A DNA stretch of 64,000 nt from Phycisphaeraceae bacterium (lineage in GTDB: Bacteria; Planctomycetota; Phycisphaerae; Phycisphaerales; SM1A02). Every line of letters starts with the position of its first letter. Within the stretch, counting starts at the first letter, position 1. A program made the position numbers and the translations under genes. The stretch spans positions 1,553,205 through 1,617,204 of the forward strand of contig CP054178.1 of assembly GCA_015709595.1 (NCBI GenBank), given 5' to 3'. The notes below the pieces were generated by a model. That model was not told the origin of the DNA, searched no databases, and worked only from the letters and a program-made list of their open reading frames with translations. Of this stretch, positions 29,702 to 39,090 are shown piece by piece.

Positions 29702-29902
29702 TCAGTCTTGGCGTGTGAGCACCTTAGCTGCGATCTTGGTGCCTTCGACCGCTCCCTTGGCGGTCTCCTTCGCCACATCACCGGTTACCTTCCCCACCTG
29801 GTAACCGACCTTCGCGCCTTCGATGGTCCCTTTGAGCACGAACTTCCCCACCATGCCAGCCACCGAACCAGATGCATCCAGTAAATCACCAATGAGTCCC
29901 AT
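29702..29902 (-). CDS. Small Gly/Lys/Val-rich protein (66 aa), hypothetical
   Basis: MGLIGDLLDASGSVAGMVGKFVLKGTIEGAKVGYQVGKVTGDVAKETAKGAVEGTK... AGGAGG sits 8 nt upstream of the ATG. Non-Arg composition in a lower-GC patch. GKVTGD is faintly CsbD-like. Confidence 0.5.
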   Translation of the reverse strand: MGLIGDLLDASGSVAGMVGKFVLKGTIEGAKVGYQVGKVTGDVAKETAKGAVEGTKIAAKVLTRQD

Positions 29903-30480
29903 CGCCGAGGCCTCCTAAAGTGAGAATGCGGAGTGACAACTGCAGGAGGGTAGGATCAGACTGACCGAAGTTCCATGTACGCACCGGGGTGCCCAAGGGC
30001 CTTCTGCCCCCCAACTACGGGCTGCGATTTCCTCGATCTGAAAGGCCACCGAGAGCAACCCTGCTGTTAAATTCGCGGGGGTTGTCAACCAGAGAGCGCG
30101 AGAGTTCGAGAGGGTTGCGCTCGGTAGCCCGAGAGGAACCGTGGGGGTTGCGCTCGGACCCCGAGATTCGGTTTCGGAATCGAGAGCGCGGCCGTTCCCG
30201 GCCGATCGTCGGAAACCCTCGCGGTGACGGCACTTTGGCGCGATCTCGGCCGAGGCGTCCTCTCAGCTCAATCCGTCAACCAGCGGGTCGCCGTACTTCC
30301 GCGATTATGGGCAAACTCCCCAAGACAGTCTCGAACCCGCCACCCACAGGTGAACAGCCATGATCCGTGTTGGTGGCCCCTGCCCCAGATCATGCGGCCA
30401 TTCTGGTGGTGGTTCGCTTCATGTCAACTTGTCCTCTCACAGAATGTGGACAACCAGTGAACAACTCGCCCTCAGGCCTC

Positions 30481-32352
30481 TCACGAACCCCCCGCCACCG
30501 CCTTCCCCTCGCTCTCCGCCAGATCCTCCGTCTCGCCGCTGGCGTCGCCGCCGGGGGCGGTGGGGATGACCGGGGCCACCTTGGCGGCCTCGCGGTGGAG
30601 GGATTCCACGGACGGCGCGACCTCGATGCCCGTCGCGCTCGCTCCCGTTCGCTCTCCACCACGACTGGCACCCACCCCCGCTCCCTCACGGTCGCGGCTC
30701 GCTTTCAGGCCTGGGCTCGCTTCCCGCTCGTGGCTCGCTTCGCCATCGAGTATCGACGCAGGCACACTCCCACCCGCCGGCCCAACCGCTCCCTCACGGT
30801 CGCGGCTCACTTCTTGGTCGCGGCTCGCTTCCGGACCTGGGCTCGCGTGCGCTTGCACGAACTCCGCTCCCTCACGGTCGCGGCTCGCTTTCAGGCCTGG
30901 GCTCGCTTCCCGCTCGGGGCTCGCTTCGCCAGCTCCCTTCCGCTCCACCAGATTGATCCGCCGCCACGGTCCGCGCTCGAAGCGCCAGGCCATGGTCAGC
31001 CCGAACAGAATGATGTACACGCTCGCGCCGATCCACGGGCCCACGCTGGTCCACTGGGGCACGTACTCCACCAGCAGCCAGCCGCCCAGCACGATGAAGA
31101 CCCACGAGTAGATCATGGTCATCACGCCGGGCCACACGGTGTCGCCCGCGCCGCGCAGGGCGCCGGAGTACACCACGCCCAGGGCGTCGGCGGTCTGGAA
31201 GATCGCGGCGCAGATCATCAGCCGCGCGCCGATGGCGATGATCTCCTGGCGCATCTCGGGCGTCACGTTCTGACCACTGGCGAACACCGCCACCAGCGGT
31301 TCGCGGAAGAAGTACATCGCCACCGCGCAGATCGTCATGTAGATCATCGACACCGACAGCCCAAGCCGGGCCCGATGGGCGGCGGTGTCCGGCTGGCCCG
31401 CCCCGATGTAGCGGCCGACCAGCGAACTCACGGCCACGGAGAACCCCACTGCGGGCATGAACGACAGGTGCATGTAGCCCAGCACCGCCCAGCCGGCGGT
31501 CATGTGGTTTTCGCCGAAGCGGCCCACGAGCACGCTCATGAAGATGAGCCAGCAGATGATCTCGTTGCCGAACTGCACCGCCGCGGGCCAGCCGATGCGC
31601 AGCAGGTCGCGCATGGGCGCCCAGCGGGGCCTCCAGGCGGTGCGGCTCCTGAGGGTCTTGTTCAGCCCCGGGCCGAGGAAGATGGCGCAGGGAATCAGCA
31701 GTTCGCAGGTGGTGCCGATGATGGTGCCGATCGCGGCGCCGTACACGCCCATCGCGGGAATGCCCAAGGGCTCCACGCCGAAGATGAACACGAAGTTCGC
31801 ACCCACGTTGACCAGGTTGCCGACGATGGCGGCGACGGTGATCACCTTGGGCCGATGCAGCCCGAAGAAGAAGTGGTGCATGGCGCGGCCCACCAGCAGC
31901 AGCACGCCGCCAACCAGCAGAATCTGCGCGTAGCCGGTCTCCAGGCGCACCAACTCATCGGAGTGACCCATCCAACTGAACACCAGCGGCGAGAGAGCCG
32001 CCATCGGCAGCAGGATCAGCGCCCACATGGCGATGCTCAGCCACACGCCCGCCCAGGCGTACTGGGGGCCTTTCTCCGGCTGCCCCGCGCCCAGGTTCTG
32101 CGACACGTAGGTGTTGATGACCGTGAGCACGCCCAGCCCGAAGGCCATGGGGGTGAAGGTCCAGATGCCGCCGTTGCCCTGCGCGGCGACCTCCAGCGCG
32201 CCCACCTGGGCCACCATGAGCTTGTCGATGAACTGCATGACCGTGTAGCTGGTCATGGTCAGCACCGTGGGCCACGCGATCGCCCACACCTCGCCCAGGG
32301 GCGAACGTGGCGGCGTGAAACCATCCTGCGATGTCGGTGCTGGCGCAGTCAT
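30481..32352 (-). CDS. MATE family efflux transporter with repeat-derived C-terminal extension
   Basis: WPTVLTMTSYTVMQFIDKLMVAQVG..., 12 hydrophobic segments and YSGALRGAGDT. Start set at MTAPAP (32352), because the track N-terminal extension overlaps der. The last 150 aa or so are encoded by REP-A copies. Confidence 0.85.
   Translation of the reverse strand: MTAPAPTSQDGFTPPRSPLGEVWAIAWPTVLTMTSYTVMQFIDKLMVAQVGALEVAAQGNGGIWTFTPMAFGLGVLTVINTYVSQNLGAGQPEKGPQYAWAGVWLSIAMWALILLPMAALSPLVFSWMGHSDELVRLETGYAQILLVGGVLLLVGRAMHHFFFGLHRPKVITVAAIVGNLVNVGANFVFIFGVEPLGIPAMGVYGAAIGTIIGTTCELLIPCAIFLGPGLNKTLRSRTAWRPRWAPMRDLLRIGWPAAVQFGNEIICWLIFMSVLVGRFGENHMTAGWAVLGYMHLSFMPAVGFSVAVSSLVGRYIGAGQPDTAAHRARLGLSVSMIYMTICAVAMYFFREPLVAVFASGQNVTPEMRQEIIAIGARLMICAAIFQTADALGVVYSGALRGAGDTVWPGVMTMIYSWVFIVLGGWLLVEYVPQWTSVGPWIGASVYIILFGLTMAWRFERGPWRRINLVERKGAGEASPEREASPGLKASRDREGAEFVQAHASPGPEASRDQEVSRDREGAVGPAGGSVPASILDGEASHEREASPGLKASRDREGAGVGASRGGERTGASATGIEVAPSVESLHREAAKVAPVIPTAPGGDASGETEDLAESEGKAVAGGS
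30678..30931. repeat. Cluster of three REP-A copies (30678, 30786, 30864); first and third are extended 68-nt near-identical units 186 bp apart
   Basis: CCGCTCCCTCACGGTCGCGGCTC was read three times. Copies 1 and 3 continue identically through GCTTTCAGGCCTGGGCTCGCTTCCCGCTCG. Confidence 0.9.
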
Positions 32353-32641
32353 GCAAGAACCGGGGTTGTGGGGTGATGAAGGGGTGAGTGTAGCCCCCCG
32401 GACGGGTTGGTCGAGGGGCGGTCTATCGGGGGACGCTCCGGCAGTTGAGGATGAAGCCGCGGCGGCGCGGGGGCCCCGCCATCCCATCCGGCAATGGCCC
32501 GGCAGTGGCCGGGAAACCACGAGTCGCCGCGCGGCAGGCGGCCAGGACGTGTCGCCAAAGAGCGGAAATGGCGACACGTTGTTCGCATGTGTCGCTGTGG
32601 ACGACCGGTGGCTTGTCGCCCCCCGCCTATCATCCCCGTTC

Positions 32642-34123
32642 ATGCCCCTGCCCCAGGTTGCCATCGTCGGCCGGCCGAATGTCGGCAAGTCCAGTCTGCT
32701 CAATGCCTTGAGCGGGCGGCGCGTGTCGATCGTCGATCCCACGCCGGGCGTCACGCGCGACCGGGTCTCCTCCATCATCGAACTCAGCGCCCCCGCCGAG
32801 ACGCCGCGAGGCACCCCGGGCCGGTGGGTCGAGCTCATCGACACGGGCGGGTACGGGGTCTACACCGCCGAGGGCAAGCGGTTTGATGATGTGGGTGTGG
32901 ACCTGTCGGCCCTGACGCCCGGGATTGAACAGCAGATTCGTTTCGCGGTGGAGAAGGCGTCGCTGGTGCTCTTCATCATCGACGCCCAGACCGGGTTGAC
33001 GCCGCTGGATGAGACGGTCGCCGGTCTGCTCCGCAAGGGGGGGCATGCCGACAAGGTGCAACTGGTCGCCAACAAGGTGGATGATGAATCGTGGGAGTCG
33101 CACGCGGCGGAGGCCGCCTCGCTGGGGCTGGGCGAGCCGCTGGGCGTCTCCGCCACCACGCGATACGGTCTGCGGCGGCTTTCCGAGCGGGTGTACGAAC
33201 GACTGGGGGGCGTCAAGGCGGCTCGCAAGGACGCGGAGCCGGACAAATCCGAACTCACGTTCGCCATCGTGGGCAAGCGCAACGCGGGCAAGAGCACGCT
33301 CATCAACGCCTTGGCGGGCGAGGAGCGGGTGATCGTGTCCGAGATCGCCGGCACCACGCGCGACTCGATCGACGTGCGCTTCGAGATCGAGGGGCATACC
33401 CTGGTCGCCATCGACACCGCCGGGCTGCGCAAGCGCAAGAGCATTCACGAGGACGTGGAGTACTACTCGCTGCGCCGGGCCCTGGCGGCCATCCGGCGGG
33501 CGGACGTGTGTGTGCTGCTGATCGACGCCACCGAGCCGGTGTCGCAGGTGGACAAGAAGCTCTCGCAGGAGCTGCAGGAGCAGTTCAAGCCCACGGTCAT
33601 CGTGGTGAACAAGTGGGATCTGGCGGCGAAGAAGGGGCTGAAGCCGGAGGACTACGCCGAGTACCTGACCGCCGAGCTGCGCGGGCTGGACTACGCGCCG
33701 GTGGCCTTCATCAGCGCCAGGTCGGGCGAGGGCGTACGCGATCTGGTGGCCATGACCATCAACCTGCACCAGCAGGCGTGCCACCGCGAGAGTACGTCGA
33801 ACCTGAACGAGGCGATCCGCGGCATCATGGCGGAGCGCGGACCTTCGTCACGGTTGGGTACGCAGGCGCGGGTGTATTACATCAGCCAGGTGGCCACGAA
33901 CCCGCCGACGATCGTGCTGATGGTCAACGATCCGAAACTCTTCGAGGGGCAGTACGAGCGATATCTGCTCAACCGCCTGCGCGAGGAGCTGCCCTTCAGC
34001 GAAGTGCCGATCCGGCTCTTTTTCCGCCCCCGCAAGCGCATGGAACTGGGCGCGATGAAGCACCGCGGGCGTCGCCGCGAACAGACCACGGAGTTCGGCG
34101 AAGAGGTCGGCGACGAGTCGTGA
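32642..34123 (+). CDS. der: Ribosome-associated GTPase Der (EngA)
   Basis: Two GTPase domains, VAIVGRPNVGKSSLLN and FAIVGKRNAGKSTLIN, plus a KH-like C-terminus. Start at MPLPQVAIVG. Confidence 0.95.
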   Translation: MPLPQVAIVGRPNVGKSSLLNALSGRRVSIVDPTPGVTRDRVSSIIELSAPAETPRGTPGRWVELIDTGGYGVYTAEGKRFDDVGVDLSALTPGIEQQIRFAVEKASLVLFIIDAQTGLTPLDETVAGLLRKGGHADKVQLVANKVDDESWESHAAEAASLGLGEPLGVSATTRYGLRRLSERVYERLGGVKAARKDAEPDKSELTFAIVGKRNAGKSTLINALAGEERVIVSEIAGTTRDSIDVRFEIEGHTLVAIDTAGLRKRKSIHEDVEYYSLRRALAAIRRADVCVLLIDATEPVSQVDKKLSQELQEQFKPTVIVVNKWDLAAKKGLKPEDYAEYLTAELRGLDYAPVAFISARSGEGVRDLVAMTINLHQQACHRESTSNLNEAIRGIMAERGPSSRLGTQARVYYISQVATNPPTIVLMVNDPKLFEGQYERYLLNRLREELPFSEVPIRLFFRPRKRMELGAMKHRGRRREQTTEFGEEVGDES

Positions 34124-34219
34124 CGCATTCCGGTTGTCAGTCGTCAGAATCCGGAACTCCATACACCCCAGTCCTCTGCTCTCGTTCCCCGTTCCCCCGT
34201 CCCCTTTCTCCCATGAGTC

Positions 34220-35581
34220 ATGTCCGTTCCCACCGACCTCGACTACGCGCTGGATGATCACGGGACGGAGCGCCCCATCGCCGAGATCGCGCGGTCGTTC
34301 ACGCTCGATCCGCGTATTCCTGCGCTCGTGCCGGGGTTCGATGCGCCGTTCTTCCAGGCGGGGCTGGCGGGATATTCCGACGGGGCGATGCGCCTGATCG
34401 CCCGGCGGCATGGCTGCCCCTTCTGCGTCACCGAGGCGCTGCTCGATCAGACGCTCATCAACGGCGGCAAGGGGCGCACGCGCGAGGATCCCGACCTGCT
34501 GGCCGAGGAGTGCGGCACCGGCGATCCGGACGAGAACATTCCCGGCTCGGCGCGCGGGCTGGTGGATCATCCCATCGCCGGGCAGATCATGGGCACGTTT
34601 CCCGATCAGATGGCCCGCGGGTCGCTGCTGCTGGTGGGCATGGGGCACGACGTGATTGATGTGAACCTGGCCTGCCCGGTGAAGAAGATTCGCCGCCGGT
34701 CACGAGGTGGGCACTTCCTCATGGACCCGGTCGGCGCGATAGAAGTTCTGCGAGCCGTGCGCCAGGCGGTTCCGTCGCATGTGCCCTGCACCGTGAAACT
34801 CCGCCGCGCGTGGGACGACACGCCGGAGATGGCGCGCCACTTCGAGCGCATCTTCGAGGCGGCGTACGAGCTGGGCTATGCGTGGGCGACCGTGCATTGC
34901 CGCACTGTGGTGCAGAAGTATCATGGGCCGGGTCGCTGGTCATTTCTGCGCGACCTGACGCGACGCTACCCCGATCGGCTGATCTTCGGCTCGGGCGACG
35001 TGTGGCGCGTGGAGGACATCTTCGCCATGCTGGACCTGACGGGTGTGCATGCCGTGAGCGTGGCCCGCGGGTGCATCGGCAATCCGTGGATCTTCCGCCA
35101 GGCGCGGGAGTTGATGTCCGGAATGAGGATGGCAGGCGGGACGCCCGCCCCACTGACGCCCACCCCGCCGATGTCCGCCACACCGACGCGCGAAGTGAGC
35201 CGCGACCGTCAGGGGGCGTATGACCCACACGAAGTGAGCCGCGACCGTCAGGGAGCGGATGACCCACACGAAATGAACCGTGACCATGAGGGGGCGTATG
35301 ACCCACACGAAGTGAGCCGCGACCGTCAGGGAGCGGATGACCCGTTCACTCCGACGCCGCCCACCATAGACGAGCAGCGCCAGGCCCTGCTGGAGCACTT
35401 TGACCTCGCCGTCGCCTTGCACGGCGAGCGATCCGCCTCGCAGCAGATGCGGAAGTTCGGCATCAAGTTCAGCCGCCATCACCCGCGGGGCGAACAGGTG
35501 AAGGCGGAGTTCATCCGCTGCAAGACCGTCGCCGACTGGCGCGCCGTGGTGGAGCGGTGGTACGCAAATCTTTCGGAGTGA
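34220..35581 (+). CDS. tRNA-dihydrouridine synthase (Dus family) with a 39-bp tandem repeat insertion
   Basis: LAGYSDGAMRLIARRHG, AGQIMG, IDVNLACPVKKI and TVKLR are Dus TIM-barrel motifs. The insertion lies between the barrel and the helical domain. Confidence 0.85.
   Translation: MSVPTDLDYALDDHGTERPIAEIARSFTLDPRIPALVPGFDAPFFQAGLAGYSDGAMRLIARRHGCPFCVTEALLDQTLINGGKGRTREDPDLLAEECGTGDPDENIPGSARGLVDHPIAGQIMGTFPDQMARGSLLLVGMGHDVIDVNLACPVKKIRRRSRGGHFLMDPVGAIEVLRAVRQAVPSHVPCTVKLRRAWDDTPEMARHFERIFEAAYELGYAWATVHCRTVVQKYHGPGRWSFLRDLTRRYPDRLIFGSGDVWRVEDIFAMLDLTGVHAVSVARGCIGNPWIFRQARELMSGMRMAGGTPAPLTPTPPMSATPTREVSRDRQGAYDPHEVSRDRQGADDPHEMNRDHEGAYDPHEVSRDRQGADDPFTPTPPTIDEQRQALLEHFDLAVALHGERSASQQMRKFGIKFSRHHPRGEQVKAEFIRCKTVADWRAVVERWYANLSE
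35192..35345. repeat. 39-bp tandem repeat x4 built on REP-A in reverse orientation (GAAGTGAGCCGCGACCGTCAGGGRGCGKATGACCCACAC)
   Basis: Units start at 35192, 35231, 35270 and 35309. They translate as EVSRDRQGAYDPH / EVSRDRQGADDPH / EMNRDHEGAYDPH / EVSRDRQGADDP. Confidence 0.9.
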
Positions 35582-35829
35582 GGCGTGCGGCAGCCCTCTT
35601 TCCGTGAGGCGTCTGGTCCACGATGGACACGGATGAATGGGATCGGCGGGGCCGATGGCGAAAGCCGGGACCGCGGCGTCAGCACTGGTCCGCTGGACCA
35701 GTCCGTGCGGGGGATCACTTTTTCCCACGAGTTTGTCACACTCTGGGGTCGGCGAACGCCCATATCTGGAGAGGGGCGCGATGGGCTGAAGCCGCCGGGG
35801 CGCTCACCCGCGGCACGTTTCTCAACCCC

Positions 35830-36672
35830 ATGATCGATCCGACGGGACCGAACGGCATGGTGGACCTGGGAGTCAAGATCGACCTCAATGACCTCGTTGC
35901 CGCGGCGTCAGAGCCCGGTGGAGAACTCCTTCCGTTTCTGTCGCCCGAAGCGCCGCCTCCGATACCTGACGCGGTCGTTGAAGCACGTCAGCGCATCATC
36001 GTCGCTCTTGTGCGGTACAACGAGCAGTTGGAGCACGTGCTGCCTGGCATCGTTTACCGCAGTCTGGATGCCAAGCAGTCGCTGCGCTCCGCGTCATTTC
36101 GTGGGGATTCCGCCGCGGCCGCACGCCACCATTCGGAACGGGTGCGGCTGCGGCGGGTGCTTTTTGACCTGAATGAAACGGCGGCACAGGAGATCGCCAT
36201 CGCCGTTCGGGAGATCGACAACGACAGCGCCGTCAGGTGGCTGCGCCGAGTCGATCAGGCCCACTTCCCGGAGACCATGCGCACCACCACCGTTGACATG
36301 ATGCAAACGTGGCTGACGGGGCGCGATCTTGATGAGACGACAAGGGTGAGGGTTCAAGCGGCGTACCGGTCGTTTGTACCGGTCCGCGACGCCATCTGGC
36401 GAACGGCCAAGCCACTGGTTCTGCGGATGCACGACGAAGTGTCGATGTACGTCGCCGGATCGGAGAATAATGATGTCTTTGAGAGGCTTGATGAGGTCGA
36501 TGCGGCCATGGCACAAGCGTGCGCCACAGCTCATGCTTCCGTCATCACGCTGCTGCCGCCGGAGGAGCAGACGGCGTATCGAAGTGCCTTATCGCGGCTT
36601 GAAGGTCAGCCGGGACCGGCCTTCGACATCCGAGAAGCACTGAGGCGCCGCCGCGATTCCTCTCTCCAGTGA
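35830..36672 (+). CDS. Hypothetical alpha-helical protein
   Basis: 280-aa ORF from MIDPTGPNG. No family recognised. Segments such as DLDETTRVRVQAAYRSF and LLPPEEQTAYRSAL echo the helical domain of the 37077-38741 protein. Confidence 0.45.
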   Translation: MIDPTGPNGMVDLGVKIDLNDLVAAASEPGGELLPFLSPEAPPPIPDAVVEARQRIIVALVRYNEQLEHVLPGIVYRSLDAKQSLRSASFRGDSAAAARHHSERVRLRRVLFDLNETAAQEIAIAVREIDNDSAVRWLRRVDQAHFPETMRTTTVDMMQTWLTGRDLDETTRVRVQAAYRSFVPVRDAIWRTAKPLVLRMHDEVSMYVAGSENNDVFERLDEVDAAMAQACATAHASVITLLPPEEQTAYRSALSRLEGQPGPAFDIREALRRRRDSSLQ

Positions 36673-36902
36673 GGGCGCGCTCACGATCATAACGAGGTCG
36701 GTGCGTTGCGTTGGGATTCCCCTCTCAACCCCAGCACGGGCGAGTAGCGTGGACACGCCGCTTTGGGCTTGGTCCCGCGCCCGTTTCGCTCGTGCGGGGC
36801 AACCACCGGCAACGCAGGGCCGTGGCCCATGCCACCCGAGGCGCTTCGACTGGACGGATACCTTTCGATGAGCGCGGCAGCGAACCCCCTTCTGCCAAAG
36901 AC

Positions 36903-36924
36903 AACGCCCGCATTCGCGGGCGTT
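36903..36924 (-). terminator. Hairpin AACGCCCGC-ATTC-GCGGGCGTT, likely the original terminator of the epimerase gene
   Basis: 9-bp perfect stem. On the minus strand it is followed by GTCTTTGG, and it lies 45 nt downstream of the displaced stop codon copy at 36969-36971. Confidence 0.4.
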
Positions 36925-36968
36925 GACGTGAATCAAGTGTCATGTGCCGGCACGACAGAGGCGCGAAT

Positions 36969-37018
36969 TCACCACCCCTTCCGCCCCCGCCCCTTCGCCG
37001 CGCTCGTCGCCCGCGCGG
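36969..37018. repeat. Direct repeat, left copy (displaced duplicate of the last 16 codons plus stop of the epimerase gene)
   Basis: 47/50 identical to 40410-40459. On the minus strand it reads TARATSAAKGRGRKGW-stop, versus AARATSGAKGRGRKGR-stop at the real gene end. Confidence 0.85.
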
Positions 37019-37076
37019 TGGACAGTTTCCTCACGCGCATGCATTTCCGCAGCGCTCGCCTTGACTGTTGCACCGA

Positions 37077-38741
37077 TCACTTCAACGGTGCCGGCAACGG
37101 GTACTGCTCCTGTTGGCTCTGAGTCAGACTCCGAAATGCGAGCTCGCACGTCGCATTGATTTCACGTCGTCGCTGCACCATCAGATCATCCATCCTCCGC
37201 TGGGAGGCATCCATTCGGTTCATCTTCGCCGCCGGGTCGCGAACCGACAGCATGGCTTCCACGCGGTCGTCGCTGGCGTTGGTGATCGCCAGGTGAAGTT
37301 GCTTCACGGTGTGGACATGATTCTGCCTCAACGTCTCAAGGGCCGCACGCTGGTCATCGTTGATGGACACCTCGTTCAACAGCAGGTCAAGGTACCTGAG
37401 CGCGTGATCGGCCTGGTGCTGAAGCCACAGCGTGCGGCGGCCATCATATCGCTCGCGCAGCGCCTGGGCATCATCGGCCGATAGCATCTCCGTGATCATG
37501 AGGAGGTAGTTTCGATTGAGCACGCGAATTCGCTGGTGGTGTTCATATTGTTCTTTGATTCGACGGTCCCACTCTCCGGCGCCGCCGTGCAGCCCCTGCA
37601 CCCAGACACTGCTGCCATCCGTCCGCGAGTGCTCGGCGATGCGTTTCCATTGATGGCGCATCTCTCCGACCATCCATGCTCGACGGGCCAGGAGCGCCTC
37701 GTTGAGCAGCCGTTCGTACTCGTTGACCAGGATCACGAACTGGTCAGGATCACGACTCTGTTGTGGAGTGATCTTCAGTACTTCGAGAAGATCAAGCACA
37801 TCGATCCGTTCCTCACTCAGGATCCCAGCCGGGACAAGGTTGCGTCGAGTGTTCCACTGCCGCCACCGCCTCCAACCATCCTGCTGATCGTCACGCATGA
37901 CCGCCATGAGGGCCTCGATCGCCGCCCCGTTGCGCGCCTCCTGTTGCTCGGCGCACTCCGAGATGAATCGCTGCCATTCGAGGTTGCCGACATGGTACTC
38001 GAGAGAACCGTGCCGTTCATTCTCAAATCGGTTCTTGATGGCCTGCTCGTTCGTTCGCTGTGACTGGACCCACTCGCGGAAACCCGACTCGAAGTCGCGA
38101 TAGATTGCGTCGACCAAGGATTGCTGCTCCGGATCAAGGTCCGCGATGATGATGAGGCGGTCCAAGGCAGCCCGGGAAACCTCCATGCTCCAGGGGCGCT
38201 CGTCCGGCATCGCCCATTGACCCCGAGCGGATGAAGCGACCAGAACCGGTGCGATCAGGATCGTCAGATGACAGCTGAGTTTTGCGGATGATCCGAGAGG
38301 GATGGTCGCGTGTGTCGTCGATCGGGCGCACCAGAGAAGGGCGCCAATGAGAAGAAGATTCCGGAGCACGCCCGCTCCGGGACTGCCGGTCGCCCACCAT
38401 TGGTCGAGTGCACCGAAACACCCACATTCAGCGGACGGGTTCGTGATCCAGATCGCGACAAGATACACGGTGAATCCAGCAATCAAGACGGCGCTGGCGT
38501 ACAGTGCGTTCACGACTTGACGTCCGACAAGCAGACGGACACCGAGCCCGATCTCGATGCCGGATATCGCGAGGATTGTGAATCCAGCAAGGGATCGGCT
38601 GACGCCAACTCCGACGAGCGCCAGAATGCCATCGCCAGGATCGATGGCCTTCAGTAACCCAGCGATACCGATCAGCGCCCCTGCCAGCATGGCGACGAGA
38701 CGCTTGCCCAACGGAAGCGGCATACTGGGGGTTCTCATCAT
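37077..38741 (-). CDS. MauE/DoxX-like membrane domain fused to a long helical domain with LTXXQ-like repeats
   Basis: Four N-terminal TM helices and the motif SAECGCFG typical of MauE-family proteins. About 390 aa of helical sequence follow, with LDPEQQ, ITPQQS, LSADDAQAL and INDDQRAAL, which are CpxP/Spy-like LTXXQ motifs. Confidence 0.6.
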   Translation of the reverse strand: MMRTPSMPLPLGKRLVAMLAGALIGIAGLLKAIDPGDGILALVGVGVSRSLAGFTILAISGIEIGLGVRLLVGRQVVNALYASAVLIAGFTVYLVAIWITNPSAECGCFGALDQWWATGSPGAGVLRNLLLIGALLWCARSTTHATIPLGSSAKLSCHLTILIAPVLVASSARGQWAMPDERPWSMEVSRAALDRLIIIADLDPEQQSLVDAIYRDFESGFREWVQSQRTNEQAIKNRFENERHGSLEYHVGNLEWQRFISECAEQQEARNGAAIEALMAVMRDDQQDGWRRWRQWNTRRNLVPAGILSEERIDVLDLLEVLKITPQQSRDPDQFVILVNEYERLLNEALLARRAWMVGEMRHQWKRIAEHSRTDGSSVWVQGLHGGAGEWDRRIKEQYEHHQRIRVLNRNYLLMITEMLSADDAQALRERYDGRRTLWLQHQADHALRYLDLLLNEVSINDDQRAALETLRQNHVHTVKQLHLAITNASDDRVEAMLSVRDPAAKMNRMDASQRRMDDLMVQRRREINATCELAFRSLTQSQQEQYPLPAPLK

Positions 38742-38763
38742 GCATTGACCCCTGTACGGGCAA

Positions 38764-39090
38764 TCACTGGCACGTGGTGCCGGTCAGATAGGCGCCCTCG
38801 CAGTACTCGTAGGCGATCCAATCGCTCTCCGCAGCGTACGTGCCGGATGAACAGCCGAACCACTTCACGAAGACCCAAACACGGGTTCCGGTGCCGTAGC
38901 ACTGCGTCTTGCCCTGACCAACGGCGGGGACGCACTTCAGCATGTTGACCCGTCCGCGCACGCACATGGGTCCGCTCGTGCTATCGGGGCATGTGATGGG
39001 GTCACAGTCGGCTGTGCCGCACACGTAGTCGAAGACGGCCTGATAGCAGCCGAGCGGCCCGCCGCCTCCGGGATCCTGAGCGGCCAGCAT
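38764..39090 (-). CDS. Small cysteine-rich protein (108 aa, 10 Cys)
   Basis: C at positions spread through ...GCYQAVFDYVCGTADCDPITCPDSTSGPMCVRG...KCVP...QCYG...FGCSS...EYCEG...TTCQ. The in-frame sequence upstream of the ATG encodes a signal-peptide-like ARIILVAFTIAAAGMLAA but has no start codon. Confidence 0.5.
   Translation of the reverse strand: MLAAQDPGGGGPLGCYQAVFDYVCGTADCDPITCPDSTSGPMCVRGRVNMLKCVPAVGQGKTQCYGTGTRVWVFVKWFGCSSGTYAAESDWIAYEYCEGAYLTGTTCQ

Noticed and set aside
30077-30160. Three 33-34 bp degenerate repeats considered as a possible CRISPR array
   Set aside because: There are only three very imperfect copies with no clear repeat/spacer alternation, and no cas genes in the window.
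30320-30345. GGGTTCGAGAC on the minus strand, resembling a tRNA T-loop
   Set aside because: The flanking bases cannot form a T-stem, and I could not draw an acceptor or anticodon arm.
30367-32376. 669-aa plus-strand ORF opposite the MATE transporter
   Set aside because: His/Arg/Gly/Asp-rich junk that lies antisense to a 12-TM MATE sequence.
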